Source of the DNA: Octopus vulgaris
Taxonomy: Eukaryota
Assembly (NCBI GenBank): GCA_951406725.2
Contig: OX597825.1
Span: 54,870,001-54,934,000, forward strand
Direction: 5' to 3'
Length of the DNA stretch: 64,000 bases
Numbering within the stretch: position 1 is the stretch's first letter; each line of letters starts with the position of its first letter. The translations under genes and the position numbers were made by a program. The notes beneath the pieces are model-generated. The model was not told the origin of the DNA. It did not search any database and worked only from the letters and a program-made list of their open reading frames with translations. Shown here piece by piece: positions 38,261 to 52,575 of this stretch.

Positions 38261-39034
38261 GCTTGTAATTAACAATAAACTTCAGGGATACAAGACAAAT
38301 AAGGATCAAGAGTTGGAGGTATAGTGAACTGGATTGACCCTATTACATCACGGTATTTACTGACCTGAGGAGCATGTCAAAATGCAATATTAACCTCAGG
38401 AGAGTTTGAACTCAATGGGAATACAAGTGAAAAGGGACATAATTCACACCATTGAGCCAACTCTGTAGCTCCTTGATTTTGATGAATAAGTTCCTAACAA
38501 AAATGTCAGAGTGGGACATCACTGACTGGGCTGGTGATCAGTGTATTACTGGTACTTTATTTTATTGCAGTGAAATGGAAAGACAAAATCAGTTTCAGTA
38601 GAATTTGAACTCAGAATGTAAAATGTCATCTTCAGTAACTTGTACCCACTCTTCTATAATAACTGTAGCCTTGCCTACTCTCTACAGCAAGAAACTTGCT
38701 CTGGTTCCTTCACTTATACTTTAACCAATCATCTCCTAGATAAAGCCACTTCCCTCTCCACTGCAACCTTACTCAGTTGATAAAAGATTTGTAAGCTGCA
38801 TAGTGACCTCTCTTCTGCTGGGATCATGCAAAAAACACTTAGTATATGTTGTAAAGTGGCTGGCAAAAAAGAAGGATATCCAGCCATAGAAAGCATGATG
38901 CTGTCCTTTGACCTGTCAAACTTTCTAAATCATGCCAGTATAGGAGATGGATGATAAATAATGAGGAGGAGCAGTAGAAAGGGATTCCTCCTTCAGTTTC
39001 AATAATGTGCGTTCAATTGTTTAATTATCTAGAT

Positions 39035-39589
39035 CAGTGTTTCCCAACTACATTTTAACCTATGGACCATTTTGATTCTTATTTTGCTCAAGTGGACTCT
39101 CCTTGCCATTTGATGTTTAAAGAAATCATATATTTTTACAATTAAATTCATTAAGAACTGTATATTCTGGCAGTCTGTTACTTATGATGACAAGAGTTCC
39201 AGTTGATCTGATCAATGGAACAGCCTGCTCATGAAATTAACATGCATGTGGCTGAGCACTCCACAGACATGTGTAGTTTTAGTGTAGTTCTCAGGGAGAT
39301 TCAGCATGACACAGAACGTGACAAGGTTAATCTTTTGAATACAGATATGATTCATTTCTACTAACTGAGTGGACTGGAGAAATGTGAAATAAAGTGTCTT
39401 GCTCAAGGTCACAATGTGTCACCAGGAATTGAACTCATAAGCTGAATACCCTGAACACTAAGCCACACACCTTCACAGGAACTGTGATATTAAGATTAAG
39501 ATATTTTGTGTATTGTAGAAGTATAATGAATTTCTTGCTGATAAGTTTTAGTAACAAAATCTTATATGGACCCTGGTTGAGTACCACTG
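39035..39589. mobile_element. hAT (Charlie-like) MITE containing a SINE insertion
   Basis: TIRs cagtgtttcccaac / gttgagtaccactg; TSD atctagat / atttagat. Confidence 0.82.
39162..39476 (-). mobile_element. tRNA-derived SINE, local family D
   Basis: Minus-strand head gtgaaggtgtgtggcttagtg, B box gagttcaattcc, ccttgagcaagacactttatttcac; flanked by a(a/g)gaactgt repeats; head fragment also at ~46083-46188. Confidence 0.82.
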
Positions 39590-40959
39590 ATTTAGATAAT
39601 CAGTTTTTAAAATCAGATTATTGGGTAAGCCATGAGTTTTCCACACAGACATGCACACATGTATTCTTAATATAATTCCAAAGCATAAACAGTGTAACAT
39701 GGCAGGGCCTTTAAATTACATGGACAGTCCATCCAATAGGCTTCTACACAGTTTCCAAACACCCAGTTTAACTCAGAAGCATGGGTTGACATGAGTCTGT
39801 GATAAAGAAACTTGCTCAAAATACCACACATTCTGGATGGATCTGGTTGACAGAAAGAAAAAGAATGAAGCCTTACATACATACATGCATGCACACATGC
39901 ACATACATACACACACACATACACACATACAGAACATCATCATTATTTAATATTCATTTTCTATGCTGGCATGGATTGGACGGTTTAACAGGATCCAGTG
40001 AGCCATAGGGCAACATCAAGTTCCAAAGTCAGCTTTAGCATGTTTTCTATGGCTGGATACCCTTCCTGACACCAACCAAGTTACAAAGTATACTAAGTGC
40101 TTATGTCACAAGCACTAGTGAGGCTGGTTGCCAAGTATCTTGTAACATAAGAATAGGAAGAAACAAAATATGGGGAAAGGAACAGAAGCAAAAAAATGAT
40201 AAAAAGGAAAAAAGCTTCCTTGATTAAATAGAGGAAGTTGAGAAAGGAGAGGAGGAGCCATGTTTCTATGCAGGCATAGAGGGCTACAGTGAAATGGTGG
40301 AGCATGCCCAGGTGTCTTGCAATGAAGACACAAGGTCACCCCATATTATATAAGGTTGTGTGGAAGTAGCTGGAAAGAAGACAGATGTGGTGGTGGGATG
40401 CTGGAGCATCTGAAGATACAAGGTGGGTGTAAGGGAAGATGCAGAAAATGGATCATGGGGGTAGGATAGGAGGAGAAGTTTCATAATAGTGTGAGGAGCA
40501 ACAGTTAGAGAGCAGGGGGTAGGTGAATGTAGAAAGTAATAGTGAGAGATATATGAGTGGCTTAAGAAGACCATGGTAAATGGGTGGTGGTGGTAGATAG
40601 GAGAGGGCAGTGAGAGCAATAGCAGATAAGTGGGATGTTAAGAAAGGAGTACGAGAGAGAGAGAGAGAGAAACAGTTGAAGACACAGAAAGGAGGTGATT
40701 GGAGGAGATAATGTGAAAAGGGATGATAATGAGAAATGGGAGTGATTCCAGAAGTGGGGGTAACTGAAAAGAAGGGCATGTGATGTGTACTTATTCAGCT
40801 CTCAGGTGATTGCAACAGCTGAGTAGTAACATAGATAGAGAAGTGATGGGGAATTAGAGGATAAGATGCTAGTGGTGGTGGCAATGGGGGTTCCAGGTAT
40901 AACCATCTTGTCATTTTGTATACAAGAGACTACATTGTCTTATATATTTCCTTCAGATG

Positions 40960-41290
40960 ATTTTCCTCTCCTGCATCATTTTTCTCTCAGTACATAAGCA
41001 CCTTGTCATACATGCACACTGGCATCACATGTCCAATAGAGAATAATGGCTTCATTCTTCCCTTGTCTTTGCCTGTCATCTCATTTACATTCAGGGTCCA
41101 TGTCTCACTACATGTAGCATTGCAGTTCATATACAAGCATCATACAAGCTTCCTTTTCCTTAAAGAGAAACCTGTTGTTGCCAGCAGGGGTAACAGCTCT
41201 CTGAATTCTCTCCATTCTCTTTTTATTCTAGCAACTACACTTTCAGAATATCCTCCTCAATGACTGATTAGATTATCAAGGTAACAGAAA
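40960..41290 (-). mobile_element. RTE LINE RT C-terminal fragment
   Basis: Aligns by eye with 58800-59050 (ggcttcattc, gccagcaggggtaacagctctctgaa, attctagcaactacactttcag). Confidence 0.75.
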
Positions 41291-43401
41291 TTACCTTCTA
41301 CCTCTAGGTAGTAGATACTTTGAGAAAATCGATTTCCCATATCTCATGTGTATAAGGGTGTGTGTGTGTGTGCCCAAGGTGCCACACACCAGGACAGAAC
41401 ACAGCACCATGTGGTTGGGCAGCAAGCATCTTATCACACAGCCACACTTAAACTTTTTTTTTACAAGAAAAACACATCTCAGATTTTGCAAGACAAAATA
41501 GATTATTTTATAGGAAAGGAAAATATTAACTCATAAGCTGAGTCTAAATTCTTACCAATTAGAATGTTTCTACTAGAAAAATAATGAGTAGTGACTGTGT
41601 TGTTCATCCCAGTTATATGAGAGGAAGAGAAAGTCTTTCTTGCTGTCCCTATGATCTAATCAGTTATGAGGCTAACATATTTTCCCCTGCACCACACGTA
41701 TGCATAGATATATGGAGTGCAATGTTGCTGGAACAACCAAAAACAAACAGAAAAGCAAGAATCACATACTTGCATACACAAGCATGTATAAACACATACA
41801 CACACTCACACACACACATACACACTTGAAGACCTGGTGGAGTTTTGGAAAATGGCAAAGAAAGGTCTGGGCGGGCCTAACAGACCTTATTATCAGAAAT
41901 ATGGCGTGGTTGAATTTCAAAAGAAAATCTTTGACGTTGGAACATTTCTAACAAAATAAATTATCATTTATTTATTTATTGCTGCTGCGATTGTTGTGGA
42001 ACTCCATCGCCACCAACCCCCTCTCCCCACTTCTCTAAATTTATTTATTGAACAAAGAAAAATTGTTAAAGGGTTTTACGTCTTTTCTTTGAAATATAAA
42101 AATAAAAAATTAATAAAAAATTTTTTTTTACATTGATTCTTTTCTTTTATGTTCGCTTAAAAAAGTAGAGTTTTGATTTATGAAATGTCTGTGAAATATT
42201 CACTTAGTTACCAAACTGTTATAGGAACTGTTTGTGTGCAGACCAGACTGTGACTATTGAGCAACAACAATAGAAAGAAGAGAAAGCAACAACAACAAAC
42301 AAATATGTGAGCTTTTGTGATGTAGTCACAACTGCTTGGTTTGGCAGGTAAATCCCTTACCAAAATTCCCCTAAAATGTTTCAAATGTGAACTATATGAA
42401 TGTGGAATATTGCTAAACATAACAGCTCCCATATTGCTAAACATAACAGCTTTCTCATAGCTAGCCATCTTATAAAATTAAACATAGGTTGACATATTAA
42501 CAATGTGGTCTGTAGGTCATGCCAACATATGATGACAGAGTCGACAGCAAGATATATGGACATATGATGAAAGTGAACAGTAGAACATGTACACACAAGA
42601 AATGAGTGGACAGTGGGACATGTAGACCTTGATAGTAGCATCTTTTTACATAGCTTGCATGTCTTTCACTAACTATTCATTCCTATTTAGCTTTCTTTGT
42701 GACTAACAGATTTTTCAGCATGGTACTCTATCAAAGACTTTCACCAGGTCAGTGAATATTAAGTATAGTGGCGTGTTCTCTCTGTTGAACATTCTCACTA
42801 TCTCTCTTACATTCTTTCCATTCAATAATCTCACAAAGTAAAATTTCTATACCACATTAATCCCAGAATCAGTGAAATCAAGTGCACCTCTGTAATTTCA
42901 TACACAGTTTAACTCAAAAATATTTTGATCTGCACTGACACTGCTTTGCAATTCAAAATACTTTACATCTGTGATCCTCTTGTCACAGAACATTGGCAAA
43001 TACCTTACCTTTACCAGACACCTAAAATTTCTTCCAGTTACATAATATTGTTCCTTATTTGCCTACTCTCTTCCAATCTTTATAGGCTTTCTCTTAGCAT
43101 TTATGGCTTTATTTATAGTACCTCCCATCCACAGGTCTGATCTATGGCTTGTAATAGGTTCCCTCAAAAACTCCCAGTTATTCTCTCTAACATAAGTATT
43201 TAATGCTTCTTCCACCTCAGCATAAGCCTAAGTTAGTATTTCTTTGAACCTATGACAAGCCAATGGATTTTGCAACTTTCACACTTTTGTTCTTTAGATC
43301 GTCTCGTATCCCTGAGTTTGTGTATCAATGACTTCTTATTAAGAGATCCCTGATCACTAGTTTATGTTGAAGAGTACATTTTTCACCATAGAAAGGCTTA
43401 A

Positions 43402-43617
43402 CACTTGATACCAAACCACCTGAAATCACCGCTGGTTCTATGATAAAAGCTTTATTCTTAAAGGGGATCTAAATTAAGAACTTCAATCAAAATATGATAA
43501 TTTCTTCCAACAGGGCAGCTAAATAATGACAAAGTTATTTGACCAAATTCTTCATTATTTTAAGAATTAATTGAAACAAAGTAATATATTTCAACCGAAA
43601 CATGGTAACAAAAGGGG
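43402..43617. mobile_element. MITE with TTAA target duplication (piggyBac-type ends)
   Basis: ttaa|cacttgatacca ... tggtaacaaaagggg|ttaa: imperfect TIRs with TTAA on both sides. Confidence 0.62.
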
Positions 43618-44984
43618 TTAATATTCACAAATTGTCTGTCTTATTTCCAGATAGAAATGAAGTCAACCTGGCTCGTGGGTTCTCATTTTGTCATATTAAA
43701 ATGGTTGACCAGTTTCCTGACGTTAGTGTTGCAGATAAGTTGCTTTGTTAAAGAACTCCAAGGGCTTTGATCTTCATTTCTTGTACCATATCAATAACCT
43801 ATGATTACATTAGATTAGCATCGCTCATCATGTCCATTAATCTCACCACCCATGTTGCAATTTGCTTTTGAGGCAAGAAGGCCTTCTAGAAACTTCCTTT
43901 TCTCACCTTTTAGTCCTGATTAGGACAAATTATTGGCAGACCACCTCTGAAGTAGTGTTGTCCATAAGTAGACTGAGCTTAATTATTCTGTTCCATTTTC
44001 TAATTATATTAAATAATTTATCTATTTCTCCACCAGCTAAATTCCAACTTCATCCGACCCACTGTTGTTACCTTCTTTCTTTTATGAATTTGTGTCTTTG
44101 TTCCTTGCCAGTGAGAATCTAGCTGAGATTCCTATCCATTTTACCTTTTTTGTATCTCACCTGACTTGGATTGTATTCTACCATAATGATGATTATACAC
44201 ACACACACACACACATGCATATATATATCACATTTATACTTATATGTATTAGTTATAATAAATTAATGAGTGGAAGAAAAAGTACTCAGTGACACTACCA
44301 ATACTCATATCTCTAAAATCACGATGCATGAGTAATGAAATGTTGTACTGCATCTATCAATATCCAATACACGCCCTCCATTTATTCTCTTGCTTTACTA
44401 GTAATTATGTAAATACTCCCTCACTTCCCTGTAATGCCAGCAATCACTCCCTCTCTCTCTCTTTCTCCTCTTTTACTGACATCCAGCACCTCCTTACTAC
44501 TGTCATCTCAACCATTCATCAGTCACTATTTCTCTCTGTCTCTCTCTTTTTCTCTTATCGGCAGCAAACATGTAGATGCTATTATTGACTCTCTACATAC
44601 TAGAAATAGCTACCAAATCTCTCACAAGTCACAAAGTATCATCTCAAAGAAATATACAAGATAATATAGTCTCTTGTATATGAAATGACAAGATGGTCAT
44701 GCCTGAAACGCCTTTGACCATTCTACTCCAGGCCAGCTATTAGGTAGGAATAGAGCCCAGCACCACCCAGTTTTGTTCTTAATTTAAGCCAGATCACTGC
44801 AATAAGATATGCAGTTTTGGGCCCTTTTATGAGAAAGTCAGCACCTTAACCTTGCAGCTACTGTGCTTCACACACTACCTATTACTGCCATTGAGACAAG
44901 TTGGCACTGTAGCAGCTAGAGTAAACATCTGCATGGATCTAGACTATGTACAGTCTACAGAACAAAATCTGGTTGACTCCAATT

Positions 44985-45145
44985 CATCATCATTTAGCAT
45001 CAATTTTCCATTCTGGCATAGGTCAGGCAGTTTGATCCAGGCTCCAGTCTTATTTGGCTTGGTTTCTACAGCTGGATGCTCTCCCTAACACCAACCACTC
45101 CACAAAATGTACCAGGTGCCTTTAATGTGTCTCCGGCACAGACGT
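44985..45145 (-). mobile_element. RTE-type 3' tail fragment
   Basis: catcatcatttagcatcaattttcca...gtttctacagctggatgctctccctaacaccaaccactcc. Confidence 0.72.
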
Positions 45146-45174
45146 GTCACTTGTACATATCACCTGCACTCCAG

Positions 45175-45392
45175 TTCTTTTATTCTTTTACTTGTTTCAG
45201 TCATTTGACTGTGGTCATGTTGGAGCACTGCTTTAAAGGATTTTAGACAAAGAAATCAACCTCAGCACTTATTTTTTGTAAACCTGATGCCTATTCAATT
45301 TGGTTTCCTTTGCTGAACTGCTAAATTATGGGTCATAAACACACTAACATCAGTTGTCAAGTGATGATGGGGAGACAAACAGACACACGCAT

Positions 45393-45427
<35 letters not shown>

Positions 45428-45597
45428 TACATATGATGAGCTTCTTTCAGTTTCCATCTACCAAATGCACTCACAAGGCCTTGGTCAGCCTAAGGCTATA
45501 ATAGAAGATACTTGCCCAAGTTACCACACAGTGGGACTGAACCCAGAACCCTGTGGTTGGGAAGCAAGCTTCTTATCACACAGCCACACCTGTACCT
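45175..45597 (-). mobile_element. Family B CORE-SINE, full length
   Basis: Tail, microsatellite, core and head present. Confidence 0.88.
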
Positions 45598-47139
45598 AGT
45601 TATTTATTTTCATCTTTCAGTCAAGTAAAAAGGCAGCACCAATGACCCTTTATAGAACTACTAGGATTGGTGGAAAGGAAGGGGAAATGTATCCTCAAAC
45701 AAAGATCTGACCTTTTACATCGTGCAACATTGCTGACCTCTCTACTAAAGGTGGGCAAGGTACCAAGTAATTGTGTTAAACTGGAGAAATGAATTAAGTC
45801 CTCCACCAGTCAGGCTACAGCAAGATTTGAAATAAGAACACAAAAGAGTCAGGACTAATACCACAAGGTATCCATTCCAATGTTCTTATACTTCTGCCAA
45901 TGTACCATCTTGGATTGGTGCCCATTTTACTGACCTTGAAGAACGAAAGACAAACTTGATCTTGACAGCATTTGAACCAAGAACACAAAGGACAAAATTG
46001 CATCTGGTGGGAAAAGCATCAGACAAACACCTTTTTTAGATCCTGCTCTCAGAAACTAAAAATGAAAACGTTATCAAAGCAACATGGAGTAAAGTGTCTT
46101 GCTCAAGGATACAACACACCACCATGAACTGAACTCACAACCTTACAATCGTAAGCTGAATACCCAAACTACTAAGCCATGTGCTTACTTTACATATATA
46201 TATCCTAGCTATGCACCCTGGCATTGCCCTACATTGACATTGTATTGTATATCTATATATATCAAGTTGTTGATAACAATAACACCATGACCAACTGGTA
46301 TTGCAGTACATATCTCTGATGAGGAAAAATTGATTTGAAATTGTACCAATCAGTGAACACGGTATGAATCCTGACCAATGAAGGGACATGCACTGTGGAT
46401 GGACCCGTGTGTATGCAACTTTAATTTGCCCTCACATAGATGCACAATGTTGTTGTTGTCTTTACTGAGGTTATTAGGTCAGACATTTGTTTCCATCGCA
46501 GCACTCACATTATAGTACATGCATAACCACTGTGAAAAATAGCAAGATTGTAGCAAATTCCTTACAAACTTTGCAGCTCATGGAATGAATAATAGGCATG
46601 AATATATACTAATAACGACAAATAACTTTGCATAAATTGGGTTGAATAAAGAGGAAAATGTTAAAGGCAAAAAAAGCTTGAAAGGTTTTAGTCATTGCTT
46701 TACATCTTAACCATACTTGAATGAAAATAGGCTCTTGCGGTGCCTAATCCTTGGGAAAATTTTATTGAATTTGAACCTGAGAATGTTCCTTTGGCATTTC
46801 TGAATCGTTTTCTACCAAAAAAATAATCTACATGGACAAATTATTTTCAATAGTAATACCAGAACACAGTTCATTAATCAATTTTCTATTGAAAAATAGG
46901 GCTTTGTGCAAAGAAATGGAATCACAATACTTCAAAGACATTATTTATGTAATACTGAAGATGTTCACATTGGCAGTTTAGTTGTGGCACAAAGGCCATT
47001 ATTGACAGAAAATGTGCCAATAATTGTTCTAAAAAGTATGTTTTTTGGTCATTTTCCACTGACAAATATGGTTTTGTGCATCACACATGCACTCATAACA
47101 CTCCTTGTACATTGTTGCATTCTTTGACACTAAAAACAT

Positions 47140-47392
47140 TAAAATTGGCAATGTAGATTAGAAGTAAATTTAAATATTGCCCCCAAATGACCTCAAAATT
47201 GTGCGACCCTACCTCATTTTTGAGGTTATTTTTGTAGTAAAATGAACTGTTGTACAAAAACATACTTCATTGGTTGCTGAAAGTTTATTGAATCTTTTGA
47301 TACCTCATTTGTCAAAATCGGCAACTCAGTTTTCGAATCCATAAGGAACACACATACACACACACACACAAACTCTATTTTATAAATATAGA
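47140..47392 (-). mobile_element. Probable Helitron 5' end
   Basis: Minus strand reads a|tctatatttataaaatagagtttgtgtgtg, similar to the 5' ends of the Helitrons at 25646 and 50250; 3' end not found. Confidence 0.5.
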
Positions 47393-47647
47393 TGTATTCA
47401 CACCACATACATTTATATATAAATTGTTATTTGTGTATTTATCCTTAACACATTTTAGCATTTTCAGATGCAAAATATGTTGGGTGCTATAGTGTATGTC
47501 TTAGAAGAATAACTTCTTCTTTAACCTACTCTGTTGTAGTAAAAAGGAGGACATATTCTCTTAAGACAAACACTACAGCACCTAACACATTTAGTGTCTG
47601 AACCTGCATGGATGTGTTAAGAATAGATACGCAAATATTCTTTCATC

Positions 47648-48056
47648 TCTCTCTATATATATACACATACATGCATATACATACATATACACATATATAT
47701 AAATATACTACACACACACATACAGACATATGCGCACACACACATATATATATATATAGACACATACACATACATACTTATATACATGCATACATACATA
47801 CACAAATATGCATATATATATGCATACATACATACATATATACATACATACATACATATATACATACATACATATATACATACATATATATACATACACA
47901 CACACATATATATACATGCATACATACATATATATATACATACACACACACATATATATACATGCATACATACATACATATATATATATACATACACATA
48001 TATATACAAATATACACACATATATATACATACATACATACATATATATGTGCACA

Positions 48057-48094
<38 letters not shown>

Positions 48095-48245
48095 AACATA
48101 CATATATATATATACATATGCATACATATATACATATATATATATACATGCACACAAACATACATATTATTTATATATGTAAAGATATATTATTTACTCA
48201 TAGCTGTATACAAACACACACACACATGCAAGAGTGTATATATGT
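47648..48245. repeat. Compound (TA)/(TACA)/(CA) microsatellite, ~600 bp
   Basis: Directly visible; source of the longest spurious ORFs (IHTY repeats). Confidence 0.95.
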
Positions 48246-49406
48246 GAAAATATGTGCGTGATGTGTGTCTAATCCAATGTCTCAGTAGATGTTTGTTCTT
48301 CTATCATATAATCTACAAGATCATCTTTCCACAACAGCTTGGGACGAGGAATGGTGTCTGATCTGAAGAATCTAGCACAATTCTGATAACGTTTCTTTCA
48401 CATAGAACCACACCAAGACACATCAACACTGTTGTCATCGTTGCTGCTGCTTTCTCCCAAGAATGAGAAAGAAAACAAAAGGTGATTTCCTGTCACTCTT
48501 ATAACAACATCAACAACAACAATGCTAATAATGATAATAATAATCATTTGCAATAAGAACTAAACAAATATTTAAATGTGATCATTAGACACAATGGCAC
48601 CTCGGCAATTAGATGTCTGATAGAACATCACAACAATAACCCCCCCCCCCCCCCAGCATCCCCACTGCCTTACCAACAACAACTACCAAGAACACTATCA
48701 TCATCAGCATCATCACTATCTCAACAATCATCAACAATACTAACACTAACACCATCACCACTACCATCAATAGCAACAACCACACTGGCACCAACACCAC
48801 CTCCAGCTGTAATCAAAACTACACCACCACTGCCATCAACAACACCAATGCCCTATCACTTGCTAAAAATAATATACTGTCGTCTTTGAAAAAAATGAAG
48901 GAGAGGATATACTGGAATGGAAAATACTTTCCATAATGTACAAAACTGTAGAGCTGGTCATAGGTAGAATGGCTCTAATTATAATCTTGCTGGACTGGAT
49001 CTGACCTGGGGCAAAACAACGACAACAGTAACTACATCACATGTGATCTTTAATAATTTATTTTCACCTGAATTGAGTAAACTGACTCCCAGTATATATT
49101 ATTGGTACTTACACTAAGAGCCCCTGAGAAATAAAAGTAAAAGTTGACTCCAACAGGATTTGAATTCTAAAGCACAAAAAGTAAATACTGCTAAATGAAT
49201 TTAATGAAGTTCTCAGCCATTTTAATTTATCAGTTCCATTGTATATTCTTCTTGTTTAATCTTAGGTCAACTCTAATACAATAAAAGCTGAGATCAGAGT
49301 TATTCCGACCATGACCATCATGCCTTTTCTCAAGGATATTTCCTTCTGTACACTATTGCTGTCAAAAGCTATTGTCATCTCACTTTTCTGAGATTTTGGA
49401 CAAGTA

Positions 49407-49641
49407 CCTATTTCTTTACTACCTACAAGGGGCTAAACACAGAGAGGACAAACAAGGACAGACAAAGGGATTAAGTCGATTAAATCGACCCCAGTGCATA
49501 ACTGGTACTTAATTTATCGACCCTAAAAGGATGAAAGGCAAAGTCAACCTCGGCAGAATTTGAACCCAGAACGTTCACACGGACGAAATATCATCAAGCA
49601 TTTCGCCTGACGTGCTAACATTTCTGCCAGCTCACCGCCTT
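49407..49641 (-). mobile_element. Family A SINE, subfamily A2, with TSD
   Basis: Full length; flanked by ggacaagta (49398-49406) and ggccaagta (49642-49650). Confidence 0.92.
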
Positions 49642-49865
49642 GGCCAAGTAATCTGCAAAGAACCACTTTGTAGCAGACTTAATTCATTTTCACCTGAGTG
49701 ACATAAAATACAGTTCCTCGCCCTCACAGTTCGGCAATCAAACCCATGCCATTACAATTGTGCATCCAAAAGTGTTACTGGTAAAACAAGTATATTCACT
49801 ATTATCAGGGGTGTCTAAGACAATACATCGCAAGGTATTTCTCCAACAATATAATATATATCTAA

Positions 49866-50250
49866 CTAGCAGTATCACCCGGCGTTGCTCAGGTTTGTAA
49901 GGGAAATAACTATAAAGCATTTTTAGAGAGTTATAGCCAAAAAATAGCAAAAAAATGGGGAAAAAAATGATGGTAAATTTTTTTTTGAGAGTTAAAAGGT
50001 CGAGTTGCGTCCCCTAGACAGTCTGTGGTTTGTGTTTCTGATTCTCGACCCCATGTCGAATTTATCGATTTTTTTCAGAACTGGGGGAACTTTTCAAAAT
50101 TTTCGCTGCGTTAGTTTTGAATTATGACATTGGGCTATGTGTGTATCAAGTTTCATCAGAATCGGTTGAAAGCCGTGGTCAGGGTGAGGGTACAACCTAA
50201 CAGACACACAGAAACACACACAGACAAACTGCCGTTTATATATAGAGAGA
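49866..50250 (-). mobile_element. Non-autonomous Helitron (young)
   Basis: Minus strand starts a|tctctctatatataaacggcag and ends cctgagcaacgccgggtgatactgCTAG|t: TC start, hairpin, CTAG end, A/T site. Confidence 0.9.
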
Positions 50251-50261
50251 TAACAATAATA

Positions 50262-50665
50262 ACAATGGTTTCAAATTTTAGCACAAGGCCAGCAATTGTG
50301 GTGAGGTGTAAGTCAAATACATTGACTCTCAATGCTCAAATGGTACTTATTTTATTGACCCCAAAAAGACGAAAAGCAAAGTTGGCCGGCCTCAGTGGAA
50401 TTTGAATGCAGAACATAAAGACAGTGACATGCTACCAAGCATTTTCCCTGATGTGCTAATGTTTCTGCCAGCTCACTGCCAATAATAACAGTCCTTTTCA
50501 CTGAAGGCACAAGGCCTGAAATTTGTGGGGAGGGGACTAGTCAATTACATCGACCCCAGTGTTTCACTGGTCCTTAATTTATCATCCCTAAAAAGATGAA
50601 AGGCAAAGTCGACCCCAGTGGAATTTGTACTCGGAACACAGTCACAAGCAAAATACTGCTAAGTT
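50262..50665 (-). mobile_element. Two tandem family A SINE copies
   Basis: aaagatgaaaggcaaagtcgacc core and aggcacaaggcctgaaattt tail on the reverse strand. Confidence 0.83.
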
Positions 50666-50671
50666 CTTTAT

Positions 50672-52575
50672 TCAGAAGGGTTGCAAGCTTAAGTGCAGAG
50701 GTACCAAGGATCAACTCCTAGTAGACAAAATGTACTTAGAGACTGCAAGAGGGTGAAAACTAACTTAGCCATGTCATGGATCGATTATCGTAAGGTGTAC
50801 CATATGATCCCACATTCTTGGATTATGGAATGTATGAACCCATTTGGTATTGCATCAAATGTTGAATGATTGCTTGGAAAAAGTATGGCGAAGTGGAGGA
50901 CAGAACTGACAGCATATGGAAGAAGTTTAGGGACGATAGAAGTCAGGAGAGGCATCTTTCAAGGGGACTGCTTGTCCCCACTGATCTTTGTACTGTGCAC
51001 GATACCACTAGCACTGATTCAGAGGAAAGCAAAGACTGGGTATGTATTCAAAAGCTGTCAACAAAATGTCAACCACTTGTTATTTATGGATGACCTCGAA
51101 CTTTATGGTAAAGATGAACCCCAAGTCAGTTCCCTCGTTGATAGGTTGTATACTTTCAGTGCTGATATCAGAAGGGAGTTCGGAGGGAAAAAGTGTGGTT
51201 TGTTAGTCATGAAGAGAGGCAAAATGAAATGTATCGACAGGCTAGTGATACCGTTATGGAGGGTTATGAAACAGATAAAAAAGATGAGCTATAAGTACTT
51301 GGGGATATGGAAAATGGATAAATTGATGGAGAAAGAAATGAGAGAAAAATTTAAGGTGGAGTACTTGTGCAGACTGAGACAGATCCTTAAGTTGAAATTA
51401 AATGGATGGAATAAGATTGAAGCTATCAAAACCTGGGTGGTTTCACTCATTAGATATGGAGCAGGGGTAGTCACATGGACAGTAGACGAACTAAAGAGCT
51501 TAGACAGAAAGACAAAGAAGCTGATGACTAGATATGGGATACACCACCCAAAATGTGACACAGACAGACCAAGAAAAAGAGAAGAGGACTAATTGGATGC
51601 GAACACAGTGTTAGAGCAGAAGAAAACAACATAGCATGGTATGTAAAAAATGCCACAGAACCACTATTGTTGGAAGTAAGAAGGTCATGCTTGTGTAGGA
51701 TGGAAGATTGCAAAGATAAAGCACTGTACAAGGACTTAAGAATGAATGAAACTGAAAATAGGTTAAAGATAAGACAGACAGAGTAAAAAGATGGCTATGG
51801 ATGACTAAAAGTGATTTAAAACTGGAAACAGTGGCTCTAATCTGTGCTATCCAAGAGTAAGCATTAAGAACCAATTACATCAAATACAGAATAGACAACA
51901 CATCAGAATAAGATAAGTGCAGAACTTGTGGACAAAATGGTGAAACCGTATGGCATATTAACAGTCAATGTATGCCACTGGCCCAGAAAGAATATAAGCA
52001 ATGTCATGACAATAAAGCAAGGATTGTCCATTCGACACTTTGCAACAAGTATGAACTTGACAGAGCAAAAGTGTGGTACGAACATAAACTCGAAGGCATA
52101 ATCGAAAATGATAATGCAAAGATCCTATGGGATTTTATGATTCAGCACGACCATGAGATAGAGAATAGGAAACCAGACAAATTGTTATTTGAGAAAGAAA
52201 GCAAATGATGCTGGATCATAGATTTAGCATGCCTAGCTGATAACAAGGTATGTGATAATGAAGAAAGGAAAGTTGATAGATATGACAGGTTAGCTTGGGA
52301 GGTTAAGTAGTTGTGGTCGCTGAGAAAGGTGGTAGTAGTACCAATAATAGTTGGAGCCCTGGGAATAGTGAGTAAAATTCTTGAGAAGTACATGAAACAA
52401 ATAGGGGCTGCAATATGGGTGGAGCACTTGCGGAAAGCAGCAATGCTTGGAAGTGCTCGAATACTCCAGATGGTGCTCGAAAAATAAGGAGTGTTACCTT
52501 AGTTCACTGGTAGTGAACAGCTGACACCGTAGTACACCTCCAGTGTCCAAAGACAATAATAATAATAATAATAAT
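50672..52575 (+). mobile_element. 5'-truncated degenerate R4/Dong-clade non-LTR retrotransposon (RT, CCHC, RLE)
   Basis: ORF 50870-51592 GIFQGDCLSPLIF, VNHLLFMDDLELY, YKYLG; KCRTCGQNGETVWHINSQC knuckle at ~51915-51970; RKPD...IDLAC...ERKVDRY endonuclease; VVVVPIIVGALG; (AAT)n tail. Confidence 0.95.

Noticed and set aside
41822-41960. Protein-like frame LEDLVEFWKMAKKGLGGPNRPYYQKYGVVEFQKKIFDVGTFLTK
   Set aside because: Begins directly in a CA repeat with no acceptor, no recognisable homology, and looks like the interior of a DNA-type repeat.
42650-44100. Possible very old minus-strand non-LTR relic
   Set aside because: Only faint motif echoes (e.g. LPIICPN); not enough to call.
46330-47130. 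Possible Helitron Rep/helicase or transposase coding remnant
   Set aside because: Cys-rich fragments (MSCKVCKEF) do not assemble into a recognisable motif series.
47608-48261. 217-aa ORF and similar IYIY/HTY/VCVC ORFs throughout
   Set aside because: Translations of TA/CA/TACA microsatellites, open in several frames on both strands.
48578-48889. Pro/Ser/Thr-rich 103-aa ORF resembling a mucin
   Set aside because: Degenerate (CAC/CAA/CAT)n low-complexity tract with no convincing splice signals.
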